64,000 bases of DNA from an uncultured virus (IMG/VR IMGVR_UViG_3300044639_000797) (Duplodnaviria; Heunggongvirae; Uroviricota; Caudoviricetes), in the IMG/VR virus record IMGVR_UViG_3300044639_000797. One strand, written 5' to 3'. The first letter of the stretch is position 1; the number at the start of each line of letters is the position of its first letter. The translations under genes and the position numbers were made by a program. Below the pieces are notes generated by a model. It saw nothing but the letters and a program-made list of their open reading frames with translations, had not been told where the DNA came from and did not search any database. Shown here in pieces: positions 48,316-57,734 of this stretch.

Positions 48316-48997
48316 CTACAAGCTCCTTACTACTTCTGTATTCTAAAAACGCCAAGTCATCTGCTAGTTTTTCTTCTGCTATTTTTGTAGCACTCCAAAT
48401 GCGGGACATGTCAACTTCGTCCTCCCCCAAACAAACACGAACTCTATTAAATCTAGAAGGGTGTCTTAGCTTCCTAAGAGCCTTAGCTTCTATCTGTCTT
48501 ACACGTTCTCTTGTTACTCCTATTACGTCTCCCACCTGCTCTAATGATAAAGGGTCTCCTTCAAACCCAAACCTTAACTTTAATACATTAGATTCTCTAG
48601 GGGTTAATTTTGTGTCTAAGGTAAAGTCTATAACCTCTTTTAGTTGGTCGCTCTCAAGACTTAGTATAGGGTCAGAGATATTCTCAAGTCGTGTTAGCTC
48701 ATGGTAGGAGAACTCAAGCTCTCGTGTATTAGACTCTATAGGGGTAAGCTGTTCTAATGACCATACTTCTTCAACACATTTACCAAAATAAGAACATATC
48801 TTCTGCGCTGTTTCTTTTACAATGCCTTTTGGGTTTAAGGGGGATTCAGACATATTGATATATTTACTTAACACAGCGTATGAAATACCCGCCTCCTTAG
48901 CCGCCACATACCCAGCTACTCCCTTAGCCTCAATCAAATTAAGTATATTGTTATTCCTTACTCGTACCGTTACTCGGTAATCTTTATGCTCATTCAT
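48305..48997 (-). CDS. HTH protein fused to sigma70 region 4
   Basis: LTPRE..VL.LRFG...LE.VG...[23 protein letters not shown] matches RpoD region 4. No region 2 seen. N-terminal XRE-like HTH. Confidence 0.88.
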   Translation of the reverse strand: MNEHKDYRVTVRVRNNNILNLIEAKGVAGYVAAKEAGISYAVLSKYINMSESPLNPKGIVKETAQKICSYFGKCVEEVWSLEQLTPIESNTRELEFSYHELTRLENISDPILSLESDQLKEVIDFTLDTKLTPRESNVLKLRFGFEGDPLSLEQVGDVIGVTRERVRQIEAKALRKLRHPSRFNRVRVCLGEDEVDMSRIWSATKIAEEKLADDLAFLEYRSSKELVDED

Positions 48998-49238
48998 CTG
49001 TAAATTCTCCTACATCTATATAGTCCCCTATACGTGGTGGGGATTCGCCTGTCGCTTTAAGCCAGTAATCTAGCATCGCTATACCTTCTAACCACCCTGC
49101 TGGTGGGGCTTTAGTTTCTTGTTTAACACAACTCAGTGTACCCATAGCTGTATCAGTCTTTCTAGCTATATCAGCTAGTGTGTGCCCTCTCTTATACAAC
49201 ACTTTTAACATCAGCGCGAAGTCAAGCTGTCTAACCAT
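48990..49238 (-). CDS. Small HTH protein
   Basis: G.TLADIARK......TLS. Confidence 0.7.
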   Translation of the reverse strand: MVRQLDFALMLKVLYKRGHTLADIARKTDTAMGTLSCVKQETKAPPAGWLEGIAMLDYWLKATGESPPRIGDYIDVGEFTDE

Positions 49239-49843
49239 AAACCCCTCAATCTAGTTCGTTCTTTATCACAGTGAGCTATTACTTTTTTATTCTTACGCAT
49301 GAAATTAACTATGTGTACTGCATCTCCTGATAATGTTATGCGGGCTTTCTTATGTGCTGACGGGTCAAATGCTAATAGGTCTACAATATAGGGAAGCCAG
49401 TCATCTATCTCTTTTTTGTTATATAACTTACTGCCATCTAACCTAGTGTACATATGGGCTGGCATCATATACCGCTTATCCTTTGCTATCCTAGAACGTA
49501 GCCTCTCGTATGTTATACCTATCATCTTGGCTATATCTATCATGGTATAAGCACCGTTATCTCCATCAAGCGGTGGTACAGGGTCAAACACACTTGTAGG
49601 CTTGGTACGTCTAGGCACTCTTTTGCGTTTGATTGGAGCGGGCTCGACAGCTTTAAAGGAAACAGGTTTCGGATTCAGAGTCATTTGAGCTTGTACCTCC
49701 TCCATTTTTAACGCTCGTTTGTTTTCGTTAAGCCGCTCTTTATTCTTATGGTAATACTCTAAAGCTTTCGCCCTATACTTTTCTCTATTGAGCTGATAAT
49801 AATCTTTGCGGTATTGCATATCTGTGGTATCTTTGTCTTGCAT
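49211..49843 (-). CDS. Putative DNA-binding protein
   Basis: YY..NRE repeats and YTM.DIA.MIGI.Y..L winged-HTH-like region. Start at MQDKD. Confidence 0.6.
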   Translation of the reverse strand: MQDKDTTDMQYRKDYYQLNREKYRAKALEYYHKNKERLNENKRALKMEEVQAQMTLNPKPVSFKAVEPAPIKRKRVPRRTKPTSVFDPVPPLDGDNGAYTMIDIAKMIGITYERLRSRIAKDKRYMMPAHMYTRLDGSKLYNKKEIDDWLPYIVDLLAFDPSAHKKARITLSGDAVHIVNFMRKNKKVIAHCDKERTRLRGLWLDSLTSR

Positions 49844-49921
49844 AATGTGTTTCCTTTTATTGTTATTGGTTGGGTTGGTTTTGCGCTCATAGGGGTTACG
49901 GTAAATACGTAACCCCATTTT

Positions 49922-50014
49922 TTAATGAACACCCTTTACTACATCTACCAATATAATTAATACTTGTCCTACGATTACAACTATTCCCAAGCTATACCAA
50001 ACTATCTTGTTCAT
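49922..50014 (-). CDS. 30-aa hydrophobic peptide (not in ORF track)
   Basis: MNKIVWYSLGIVVIVGQVLIILVDVVKGVH with ATGA overlap. Confidence 0.45.
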   Translation of the reverse strand: MNKIVWYSLGIVVIVGQVLIILVDVVKGVH

Positions 50015-50634
50015 GAGTATTCAGCAGCGTCTGCTTTACTCATCTCCTTAAGGGCATCTTCCACAAGCTTAACAATATACTCTGGTCTATCCTGAGAAAC
50101 TAATGTCCTAACCCAAGTATCAATCCATGCTCGTGCCTCTCTATCAGCTACAATCTGTGGGTGGTCTCGTCCAATACCTACATCTGCTAAGAGTTGGTAG
50201 TCAATACAATCAAGAGACTTTTCTAATCTTCTATGCTCCCTCAATATAGCTTTAATACTTTTACTAGCACTGATTGAGAAGTGGTCTTTAGGATGTACTA
50301 ACAAATACCCTTTTGATTTTACAGATTGTAAGAGACGACTACCCCTTTCACGTACCAAGTGTATTATGGCACTTTTATGAGTGCCGTATGATTTGTTAAA
50401 GGTGTTATGGTTTTCCATAGTATCTACGTATTGAAACGTAAGACCTACTTCCTTCTGTATCCACTTGTGTGGTACTAACTCTCCTACATTAAATGTCCTT
50501 AATAGCTTATCGGCTATACCTTTTCGCATCTCACGGAGAATTTGTTTATCCGTCTTTTCATCTTCCTCTTCCTCTTCTCCTTCCTCTTCATATATAGCAC
50601 TTTGCATTTCTTCTTCAGACATATCATTTTGCAT
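50011..50634 (-). CDS. Hypothetical protein
   Basis: Start MQND after SD GAGG. Acidic N-terminus. Confidence 0.65.
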   Translation of the reverse strand: MQNDMSEEEMQSAIYEEEGEEEEEDEKTDKQILREMRKGIADKLLRTFNVGELVPHKWIQKEVGLTFQYVDTMENHNTFNKSYGTHKSAIIHLVRERGSRLLQSVKSKGYLLVHPKDHFSISASKSIKAILREHRRLEKSLDCIDYQLLADVGIGRDHPQIVADREARAWIDTWVRTLVSQDRPEYIVKLVEDALKEMSKADAAEYS

Positions 50635-50680
50635 TTTTACTTCCTCTTTAAATAGCCCCTGAAAGGCAGGGGCGTAACCT

Positions 50681-50896
50681 TTACATCTCATTCACTACAT
50701 AGGTATGCTCGTCTATCCGCATACCAATACCTTCTACATGCTCCCCATGAGGGCTTAACTTAAGTAGTGCCACCCTCTCTGGCACTGGGGGGTCTAGCTC
50801 AGAGACATCACTAAACGATATGACATCTCCCTCCTTCAGAACCACGTTATCTAAATGAGTAGCTTTATTGGAAGTTAAATCTATTCGTATTGTCAT
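50681..50896 (-). CDS. Hypothetical protein
   Basis: TAATG coupling. P..VALLKL.......GIG.R motif. Confidence 0.65.
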   Translation of the reverse strand: MTIRIDLTSNKATHLDNVVLKEGDVISFSDVSELDPPVPERVALLKLSPHGEHVEGIGMRIDEHTYVVNEM

Positions 50897-52050
50897 TAGT
50901 CCACCCGTATTACTGAGCCAAATGGAGGCACAGTTGTTGTATTACCCACCATTACCCAGATAGTAGGGTACAGTGGGGCTGTCTGTGGAAACTCAATCCA
51001 TCCGTCTGTAATCATTACAATGCACTGTGGCTCTAACTTATTCTTAACGACATAGTCAAATACACACAGGGAACTAGAGCCACCTCCACCTTTAGGCTTG
51101 GTAGATGTGAGTAACCCACTGTAATTCTCTTCACGATACTGCTCGTGAGCGGCAACCTCTGTATCCCAGTAAAGTAAATCTACTTTTTCGGGAGTTGTAT
51201 TATCACATATACTAACTAACTCTGCCAATGCTTTTGCAATATCTTCGCCTGATATACTGCCTGATGTATCTATACCTACACAGATACTACCAATGCTCTC
51301 ACTGATTTGACTAGGCATATACACATCATGCTGTAACCAGCGTCTATTAGGCTTAGCCCATGTGCTATCACCCTTACCTGCACATACTGTCGATACGAAC
51401 TCACGTAACTGCTCAGCCCAATTAACCTTAGACTGCATCACAGCATCAAAGCTACGGTCTACCTCACCGCCTTGCTTACCTGCTAACAGTGCACCAGTAC
51501 GTACAGCACTATCTATCTCCTTAGCTAACGCCTCCTTCTCTGCCTCGTCTAAACTCTTAGCACCGTCCCAGTCATGCTCGTCCAGTGGCTTACCGCCGTT
51601 GCCCTTACCGTTCTTCTTATCTTCCTTCAACCTAGCGAACACCTCGCCGCTATCTAGCCCTCGATACATCTCATCTACTAACCCACCCTCTGGCATAACA
51701 AGGAAGTCGCCCCACTTGTTAAGGTCTTGTATCTCTAGGTTAATAACGTAATCACATGCTTGGTTAGCCAACCAAGCATCTTCCTCATGAATCTTACGCC
51801 ACACAAATAGATGCTGATATAACTTGTGCTTGGTCTCATGTAGTATAAGAAACCGTAACTCACTATCCTTAAGGCTCTCAACAAAGGCACGACCGTATAT
51901 AACATCACGCCCATTGGTACATGCTGTAGGGCAGTCATCTTTCACCTCTACCTTACCTACCATCAACAACCCTGAGTATGCTAGGGTACGCTTGTCTTGC
52001 ATCAAAGCTATGTGAGCTTTGGTTATTCTATCCTCTGCACTTAGTACCAT
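50896..52050 (-). CDS. Metallopeptidase-like + vWA domain protein (DUF2201-like)
   Basis: TA.TNG, HETKH, N.A.D..IN. MIDAS DTSGS, GGG, TDG. Confidence 0.9.
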   Translation of the reverse strand: MVLSAEDRITKAHIALMQDKRTLAYSGLLMVGKVEVKDDCPTACTNGRDVIYGRAFVESLKDSELRFLILHETKHKLYQHLFVWRKIHEEDAWLANQACDYVINLEIQDLNKWGDFLVMPEGGLVDEMYRGLDSGEVFARLKEDKKNGKGNGGKPLDEHDWDGAKSLDEAEKEALAKEIDSAVRTGALLAGKQGGEVDRSFDAVMQSKVNWAEQLREFVSTVCAGKGDSTWAKPNRRWLQHDVYMPSQISESIGSICVGIDTSGSISGEDIAKALAELVSICDNTTPEKVDLLYWDTEVAAHEQYREENYSGLLTSTKPKGGGGSSSLCVFDYVVKNKLEPQCIVMITDGWIEFPQTAPLYPTIWVMVGNTTTVPPFGSVIRVD

Positions 52051-52076
52051 CTCACTCTCCTATGGGTACATGTACC

Positions 52077-53153
52077 CTAATTAAAAAGGTAGCCATTGTT
52101 CACAGCCCATTCAGTAAAGACCCTATTAGTAACTGCTATGCTACGCTTAGGGGACTTACTACTCATAACACTCATAGCGAACAGAGCCTGTGCTTCTTTA
52201 GACAGTCGTGCCATATACTGCATCCAGCTACCAAAGGTAGTATCTTCTACGTTACTTAGTGCCTTTGATACTATCAAGCAGGTGGACGCACCGTTATGTG
52301 GGACTACAGTAGTAGTCGGGTTATTAATAATCTCAGCCCAGCTAGGCATGGTGTTGCTTAACTTCAAGACATTCATCATATCCATCGTAGCCCTCTCACC
52401 TATCACACCGAACAGAGCATGAGTCAGTACATCTTCTGGCATATCACGGCACATCTTAAGTATGTCAGATGCTTTCTCTAATGAACGTGGCGTAACGAAC
52501 GCCGCTCTTGGTACACGTGGGTCATTGATGTACTCATTCATATCAGGACGCTCATAGTCCTCGAATGATGCCAGCATAGCTGGATACTCTATAGCTGTAG
52601 CTATTACTACAGGGTCAACCCCTGCGTTCTGTGCATAGTCCCATCGCCATTGCTCCGCAGTAGGCTTACTCATCTTTACAATACACACCCTGTTACGTGC
52701 ATGGGGTGGTATGTTGTCGCCTATACCCTCTACTGCTAGGTTAGTAGTAGCAAATACAATAGACCCCTCTGGCAGTGAGTGAATACCCAGCTTACGTTCA
52801 AGCATAAGTCTAAGACATGCGTTCATCACAGCCTTACCTGCCTTACCTACTTCATCAAGCATAAGTATCAGAGGTTTGTTTAAGTGAAAGCCAAACTCCT
52901 CATTGGGTATGAATGAGCAGACAGGTGTACCATCTATGGTACGTATCTGTGGAACTAAGAAGTCACCCACATCTTTAGTAGTGATGTCTATGTAGCATGG
53001 GATATGGTTGGGGTGGGACTCTGATAGAGTCTTAAGTATAGATGACTTGCCTATCCCCATCTCTCCCTGTACAAGGACAGTGAGCCGCTCACCTACTGAG
53101 CTGATAAGTTTGATAGTATCTTGCATAGTGATTGAACTATATGGTTTTTTCAT
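52077..53153 (-). CDS. MoxR-like AAA+ ATPase
   Basis: GEMGIGKS, LMLDE, TN, NR and TPRS motifs. Adjacent to the vWA gene. Confidence 0.9.
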   Translation of the reverse strand: MKKPYSSITMQDTIKLISSVGERLTVLVQGEMGIGKSSILKTLSESHPNHIPCYIDITTKDVGDFLVPQIRTIDGTPVCSFIPNEEFGFHLNKPLILMLDEVGKAGKAVMNACLRLMLERKLGIHSLPEGSIVFATTNLAVEGIGDNIPPHARNRVCIVKMSKPTAEQWRWDYAQNAGVDPVVIATAIEYPAMLASFEDYERPDMNEYINDPRVPRAAFVTPRSLEKASDILKMCRDMPEDVLTHALFGVIGERATMDMMNVLKLSNTMPSWAEIINNPTTTVVPHNGASTCLIVSKALSNVEDTTFGSWMQYMARLSKEAQALFAMSVMSSKSPKRSIAVTNRVFTEWAVNNGYLFN

Positions 53154-53240
53154 TGTCTTATCCTAATTGTTTGGTATGGGTACTTGTACCCGAAATGTCA
53201 GCCCCTTAAGGGAGCGATGCTTTACTTCAACTGCAGGTAT

Positions 53241-53269
53241 ATTATACGCTGTATGCTACGCTGTGTCCA
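53241..53269 (-). promoter_or_regulatory. sigma70 early promoter
   Basis: TGGACA-17-TATAAT. Confidence 0.75.
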
Positions 53270-53663
53270 GCGTCTCCCCTATGGGGTATGGTTCGCCTTC
53301 TGTTTCTACATATATGTACTGAGTGGGGGATACTATATCAGGGGAATCTATATGCTTCCCATTGTCATCTGTACCATACTCCCTATCATAAACTATATCT
53401 CCTATATCCTCACCTACTCTACAAAATTCATATGAACAGCCTTGTGCTGAAGCATCTATAAGTATCTGGCTATGTTGTTTAACATCTTCATATTCATCGT
53501 ACCATTTAAGACCGCTCTTATTAAATAGAATAGTTGTGTCATCTATTAATGAGAAGTCCTCTGGCTTAATCCACTCATTCATAAACTGTACTGCCATAAA
53601 CCTAACTCTATGTTCTTTTGTTTTAAAGCGTATGCAATACGCTACCTCACTACGGTATCCCAT
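53256..53663 (-). CDS. Early hypothetical protein
   Basis: MGYRSEV, KWY..Y and F.R.GE...D motifs. Confidence 0.75.
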   Translation of the reverse strand: MGYRSEVAYCIRFKTKEHRVRFMAVQFMNEWIKPEDFSLIDDTTILFNKSGLKWYDEYEDVKQHSQILIDASAQGCSYEFCRVGEDIGDIVYDREYGTDDNGKHIDSPDIVSPTQYIYVETEGEPYPIGETLDTA

Positions 53664-53673
53664 CTCTCTTCTC

Positions 53674-53844
53674 CTATGTTTTATTAATTACTTTCCAAGC
53701 ACTATACTTTTTAAATGGTACAGCTTGCTCACGATTCCACATCCAAATGCTACCCCCATGTCTTGAGGTTCTTAATGTCCAAGCAAGATTTCTAATACCG
53801 TACTTGCGTTTGTCTAACTTCCAAGCTACTACACCGTGTAACAT
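53674..53844 (-). CDS. 56-aa basic Trp-rich protein (not in ORF track)
   Basis: SD AGGAGG. MLHGVVAWKLDKRKYG... Confidence 0.6.
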   Translation of the reverse strand: MLHGVVAWKLDKRKYGIRNLAWTLRTSRHGGSIWMWNREQAVPFKKYSAWKVINKT

Positions 53845-53852
53845 ATAACCTC

Positions 53853-54725
53853 CTAAAATAAGTCCAGTATGGCATCTACGTCACGCTTCAAGGTAACACG
53901 TACATAGTCGCTATCTTTAATGTCTTTACTATCAATACCAGTAAAGCTGTCCTCTAACTTAATACGCATAGCCTCTAGCTGTGTGTCGCCCTTGATATTG
54001 AAATGCGTAAGCAACCCACACAACTCACGTGTGTTCTCCAACACACTATCGTATATCTTGCCCTTACTGCCGTCCTCATTAGTACGCAACCCAAAGCTAA
54101 GCTGAGTAAGTATCCTGTGCAACCTGTCGTATGCGTCAGCATGTACCTTCTCTATGTTTGCATTGTACATTGCATCGTACTGGTCTTTCAGGTCGTTAAG
54201 CCCCTCGTTACCTATATCAATACGCCAGTCGCCTGACTCTGGCAATGGGTTGTACCGTACTACAAAGCCGAACTTGCTTATAACCTCCTGTGCATCAGGA
54301 TACTCAGCTCTATCAAAGAGCGTACCTAACTGGAACGCCGCCGCACTTACCCTTAAGTTGTAATCTGCAATAAAGTCATTCACTAAGCCCCAATACTGCT
54401 TCTCAAGTCGTGCCATCTCACTCTTATAAATGAAGAACTGAGCAGTCGTAAGCAACCTATCGCCATTGTCATTCCACGGTGATGTCTGTGTCATGTGGTA
54501 AGTACGAATTAACCCTGCCAGCTTTTGGATTGCCGCAAGTGAGTCATCACCTGCTAACAAGTTCTTGTGGTAGTTCCCCGCCTTAGTACGTGTTGAGTTA
54601 CTGATGTCTACATCATTGCTGACTTTCTTATCCAGCTTGCGAGCTGTCCACAAAGAGATTGAAAGAGATACCAGCATAGCTGAACTGCTTAATGATTTTA
54701 CGTTTGTATTTGTATTTGATGTCAT
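53853..54725 (-). CDS. Early protein near the AAA/vWA pair
   Basis: AMLV.L.IS.W..RK.D, PW...G.RLL and F....YP motifs. Start at MTSN after SD GGAG. Confidence 0.75.
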   Translation of the reverse strand: MTSNTNTNVKSLSSSAMLVSLSISLWTARKLDKKVSNDVDISNSTRTKAGNYHKNLLAGDDSLAAIQKLAGLIRTYHMTQTSPWNDNGDRLLTTAQFFIYKSEMARLEKQYWGLVNDFIADYNLRVSAAAFQLGTLFDRAEYPDAQEVISKFGFVVRYNPLPESGDWRIDIGNEGLNDLKDQYDAMYNANIEKVHADAYDRLHRILTQLSFGLRTNEDGSKGKIYDSVLENTRELCGLLTHFNIKGDTQLEAMRIKLEDSFTGIDSKDIKDSDYVRVTLKRDVDAILDLF

Positions 54726-54782
54726 GATGTTCTCCAAAATTAAAAGGTGGGTACTTGTACCCAATAAAAAGAAACCTGTTGC

Positions 54783-55106
54783 TTAACTTATATATGTGGC
54801 AACCTTTACTGCATCACCACACTCGCTATACTTCACTAGCACTCCACTAAAAAATGAATCGTTGTGGTATCCGTCCCACCCTTTGAAAGGTATGTTCTCT
54901 TTGAAAGGCGCGTTGTAATTTACTCGCATGAAGTCCCCCAGAAAGTAACACCACTTCCTATATCTAAAGAACGAACAATCGTTTACATCTTCTCCGCTCT
55001 CGCTGTCATTAAGATACGCATACTCCTCCTGCTCTTTTGGCAATAGGTCGTACCAATACAACACAGGGCGGTATTTGTTATCAGTTATAATCTTTAACTC
55101 GCTCAT
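54783..55106 (-). CDS. Early hypothetical protein
   Basis: FFRY....Y.L.DFMR and WDGY..DSFFSG.LV. Confidence 0.7.
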   Translation of the reverse strand: MSELKIITDNKYRPVLYWYDLLPKEQEEYAYLNDSESGEDVNDCSFFRYRKWCYFLGDFMRVNYNAPFKENIPFKGWDGYHNDSFFSGVLVKYSECGDAVKVATYIS

Positions 55107-55399
55107 GACATACACCCAATAATAATATTCTCACCGTCCCAATACTCACCGTTTAAATACCAAACTCCTTTTTTCTGTACTATGCTCACACCAGCTAACC
55201 CATTCAACCGTTCCTTAGTAGTGGGTGTGAACCAACCGCAGTTGGTGATGGTATAAGCTAGAGGTGTACGCTGTGCTATGCAGTTGCCATGCAATAACAA
55301 TTTAATTACGTTACCTTCTACAGTAACCTTTGTATTACCCCGACTAAAATATGCCCCACTATGAAAGTGGTCAGCCGCTAATGATGTTATGTTTCTCAT
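55103..55399 (-). CDS. Early hypothetical protein
   Basis: LHGN.IA, GW.T.TTKERLN. SD AGGAG. Confidence 0.75.
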   Translation of the reverse strand: MRNITSLAADHFHSGAYFSRGNTKVTVEGNVIKLLLHGNCIAQRTPLAYTITNCGWFTPTTKERLNGLAGVSIVQKKGVWYLNGEYWDGENIIIGCMS

Positions 55400-55484
55400 T
55401 TGATTCTCCTAAAGGTTATGGGGTACTTGTACCCGATTCGTCAGCCCCTTAAGGGGGCGAGGCTTTACTCAACTACTGGTACAT

Positions 55485-55513
55485 ATTATACAGTAAAACT
55501 CCTTATATGTCAA
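55485..55513 (-). promoter_or_regulatory. Consensus sigma70 early promoter
   Basis: TTGACA-17-TATAAT. Confidence 0.9.
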
Positions 55514-55791
55514 GGGGTTAGAACATATTGTTCACCTCCTTTCTTAACTTTCTCAACCTTAGCCATTTGCACAGGCTTCTCACAAGGCTTACTTAAATAG
55601 TACAGGCAATACCCTGCACCTGATAGGGATAACACAAGGGCTAACACCAACCCTGCACAGATGTTTCTATAGTGGTCTACATAGTCTGCCAGTATGTCCA
55701 CCTCTTCCTCATGTTGTTTCATAATGCGGTTCAATGCCTCACTACGTAGGCGTGTTTCTTGTTCTGTTCGTATCTCTTGTTGTGCTTTCAT
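55510..55791 (-). CDS. Membrane protein
   Basis: Single TM segment. SD AGGA. Confidence 0.6.
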   Translation of the reverse strand: MKAQQEIRTEQETRLRSEALNRIMKQHEEEVDILADYVDHYRNICAGLVLALVLSLSGAGYCLYYLSKPCEKPVQMAKVEKVKKGGEQYVLTP

Positions 55792-55974
55792 GTTTTTATC
55801 CTGTTAGTTGTGTGGTTGGGTACAAGTACCCAATGGTTGGGGTGTATCAGCACAAGGCGGTAAAACGTACATATAATAGGCTGCCCTGCCTGATACCTCT
55901 GCGGTTAATTCAAACGCCCACTCACAGATATACGGCGTCTGGGCTTATTCACCTACCCAGCTTAGGTCACACAT

Positions 55975-56100
55975 TTAACTATTTTTTAATGCTAACATTT
56001 CTTGGTACGTTCCTGTCGCTATAATTCTATAGCTGTTTCTTACATCTGTTCCTTTGCACACTATGATGTTACCGTGTGCGTTCTGTTGTGCTGAGTACAT
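55975..56100 (-). CDS. 41-aa protein (not in ORF track)
   Basis: MYSAQQNAHGNIIVCKGTDVRNSYRIIATGTYQEMLALKNS. SD AAGGA. Confidence 0.55.
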   Translation of the reverse strand: MYSAQQNAHGNIIVCKGTDVRNSYRIIATGTYQEMLALKNS

Positions 56101-56275
56101 AGGGGTTTCCTTTTAGTAGTAGGGTTAATAAGGTTTCATCTGTTTTAGTTGCTATAAAGTTTTTACACCGCTCAGTAAATTCCGTTTCATCAGCTATGGG
56201 GGCATAGCTATTCGCTGCTTTTAGCATACGCTCTAATAACATCTCTGATATTTTCTCACGCTCTTCACTTGTCAT
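56069..56275 (-). CDS. Hypothetical protein, paralog of the adjacent ORF
   Basis: MT.EEREKIS..L.ERML shared with 56265..56450. Confidence 0.7.
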   Translation of the reverse strand: MTSEEREKISEMLLERMLKAANSYAPIADETEFTERCKNFIATKTDETLLTLLLKGNPYVLSTTERTR

Positions 56276-56450
56276 CGTCTACTCCCAATAGCTCAGCTAT
56301 CAGTTTTTCATCGCTATATTTGTTTAGATAAAATCTTATATACAAGTCAGTCTTAAGGTCAATACTAAGGTCAGACCATGCTATACTATTCTCTTCTAGC
56401 ATACGCTCTATCAATATATCTGATATTTTCTCACGCTCTTCCTTAGTCAT
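56265..56450 (-). CDS. Hypothetical protein, paralog of the adjacent ORF
   Basis: Same N-terminus as 56069..56275. Confidence 0.7.
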   Translation of the reverse strand: MTKEEREKISDILIERMLEENSIAWSDLSIDLKTDLYIRFYLNKYSDEKLIAELLGVDDDK

Positions 56451-57028
56451 GATAGCGACCCGTCCTCTTCAAAGTCCATGTATTCCACACCTTCAAAGAA
56501 GTTATCCATAGAAAACTCATACTCATAAGCGTTCTCCAGCTCACGGTACAGTTGCCGCATATGCTCTCTGCATTGCTCTAATATGTCAGGCTCAGCCTGA
56601 GTCATTATGTCATCGAACTTACCTAAGTCATTAGTCCATATCTCCCACTCAAGCGTTATAGTGTTCTCGTGGTAATAACTATGGTGCTGTGTTTTTCGTA
56701 AGAGTAAGGTGTACTCACCATAGTCGTCTGACAATGTATCAAACGGTACTGTGCTTAGGTACAGCTCAGCATGATTCTTCTTTAAATCAGGGTGTGCCTC
56801 AAGAAACTCTTTTAAGTTTATAACACCTTCAAAACTAGCACCATCTCCCTGTGAGTGAAAGCCTGTGAAGTGCATATCATACACCTCCGTATCAATGCCT
56901 ATTGCTCCTAGCCTTTCCACCCAGTCTTCGAGCACATGATGTGCCCAATGGTTGTCATAGAGCTCCCTGTTTTTAAAGCTCTCAAAGGCATGTTCCTTTG
57001 CCTCGTCTGATAATTCGTTATAGTTCAT
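56447..57028 (-). CDS. Acidic early protein (ELS..AKE.A, GF.SQGDGASF motifs)
   Basis: Recognisable conserved motifs and strongly acidic composition. Confidence 0.7.
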   Translation of the reverse strand: MNYNELSDEAKEHAFESFKNRELYDNHWAHHVLEDWVERLGAIGIDTEVYDMHFTGFHSQGDGASFEGVINLKEFLEAHPDLKKNHAELYLSTVPFDTLSDDYGEYTLLLRKTQHHSYYHENTITLEWEIWTNDLGKFDDIMTQAEPDILEQCREHMRQLYRELENAYEYEFSMDNFFEGVEYMDFEEDGSLS

Positions 57029-57037
57029 CGTTTGCTC

Positions 57038-57205
57038 CTACGCATACCATTTAGGTAATGCTTTATACTCTTTTACTAAGTTGGGGTACTCAGCTTCAAG
57101 CAATTTGCACAGCAGTCTGTCTGCATATAAGTGTACGCTCTCTATGTCCCCTTTATGTTCATCACATAAAGTTTTTAATTGTTCTAATGCTTGTTGCTCA
57201 TTCAT
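57038..57205 (-). CDS. 55-aa hypothetical protein
   Basis: Start MNEQQ after SD AGGA. D.E..H..AD.LLC..L...KWYA. Confidence 0.65.
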   Translation of the reverse strand: MNEQQALEQLKTLCDEHKGDIESVHLYADRLLCKLLEAEYPNLVKEYKALPKWYA

Positions 57206-57369
57206 TGTCTGTGTCCTATTAAGTGTTGTTATGGGTACTTGTACCCAACTTATTCTTCTTCCATCTCTACAGTAAAGAACGCACACACGTCCCAATACTC
57301 CCACTCTTCTTCTGTTTGTGGTGTTTCTAAGCGACTGTTTCTTTGTATGTGTTACTACGCTGGTTAGGG

Positions 57370-57630
57370 TTATACCTCCAATACAATTTCCTCCTTGTTT
57401 TCGTCCCATACATAATATCCATATTTAATCTCCTTCCACTCTTCCATGAGATGGTCGTGTTGGGTTCCCCAACCACAGTAAACCGTAGATGAATCCCTTC
57501 TTTCATTTAGAATGTCCGCTTCTAAAGCCTTAATCTCACCGTCAATACGGTGAAGTTCTGATGCTCTTTCAGCATCGTTTTTTCTGTTCATTGCTTTTAT
57601 TAAAGCAGTTACTGAATTTTTTGTTTTCAT
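57370..57630 (-). CDS. Hypothetical protein
   Basis: First ORF after a promoter cassette. Confidence 0.6.
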   Translation of the reverse strand: MKTKNSVTALIKAMNRKNDAERASELHRIDGEIKALEADILNERRDSSTVYCGWGTQHDHLMEEWKEIKYGYYVWDENKEEIVLEV

Positions 57631-57734
57631 TGTCGTATTCCTATTAATAAGTGTTATGGGTACTTGTACCCGAGTTAGTGGTCAGCTCCTTAAGGGAGCG
57701 AATCTTTCTTCTCTTTCTTCAAACTACAGGACAT

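Noticed and set aside
50655..50673. GCCCCTG/CAGGGGC hairpin resembling the repeated pentaloop element
   Set aside because: The loop and stem length differ and there is no U-tract. I could not assign it.
57249..57369. Protein-like in-frame stretch after the 57370 ORF stop (possible readthrough or recoding)
   Set aside because: Four stops (TAA and TAG) intervene, and other genes use the standard code. At most it is a gene remnant.
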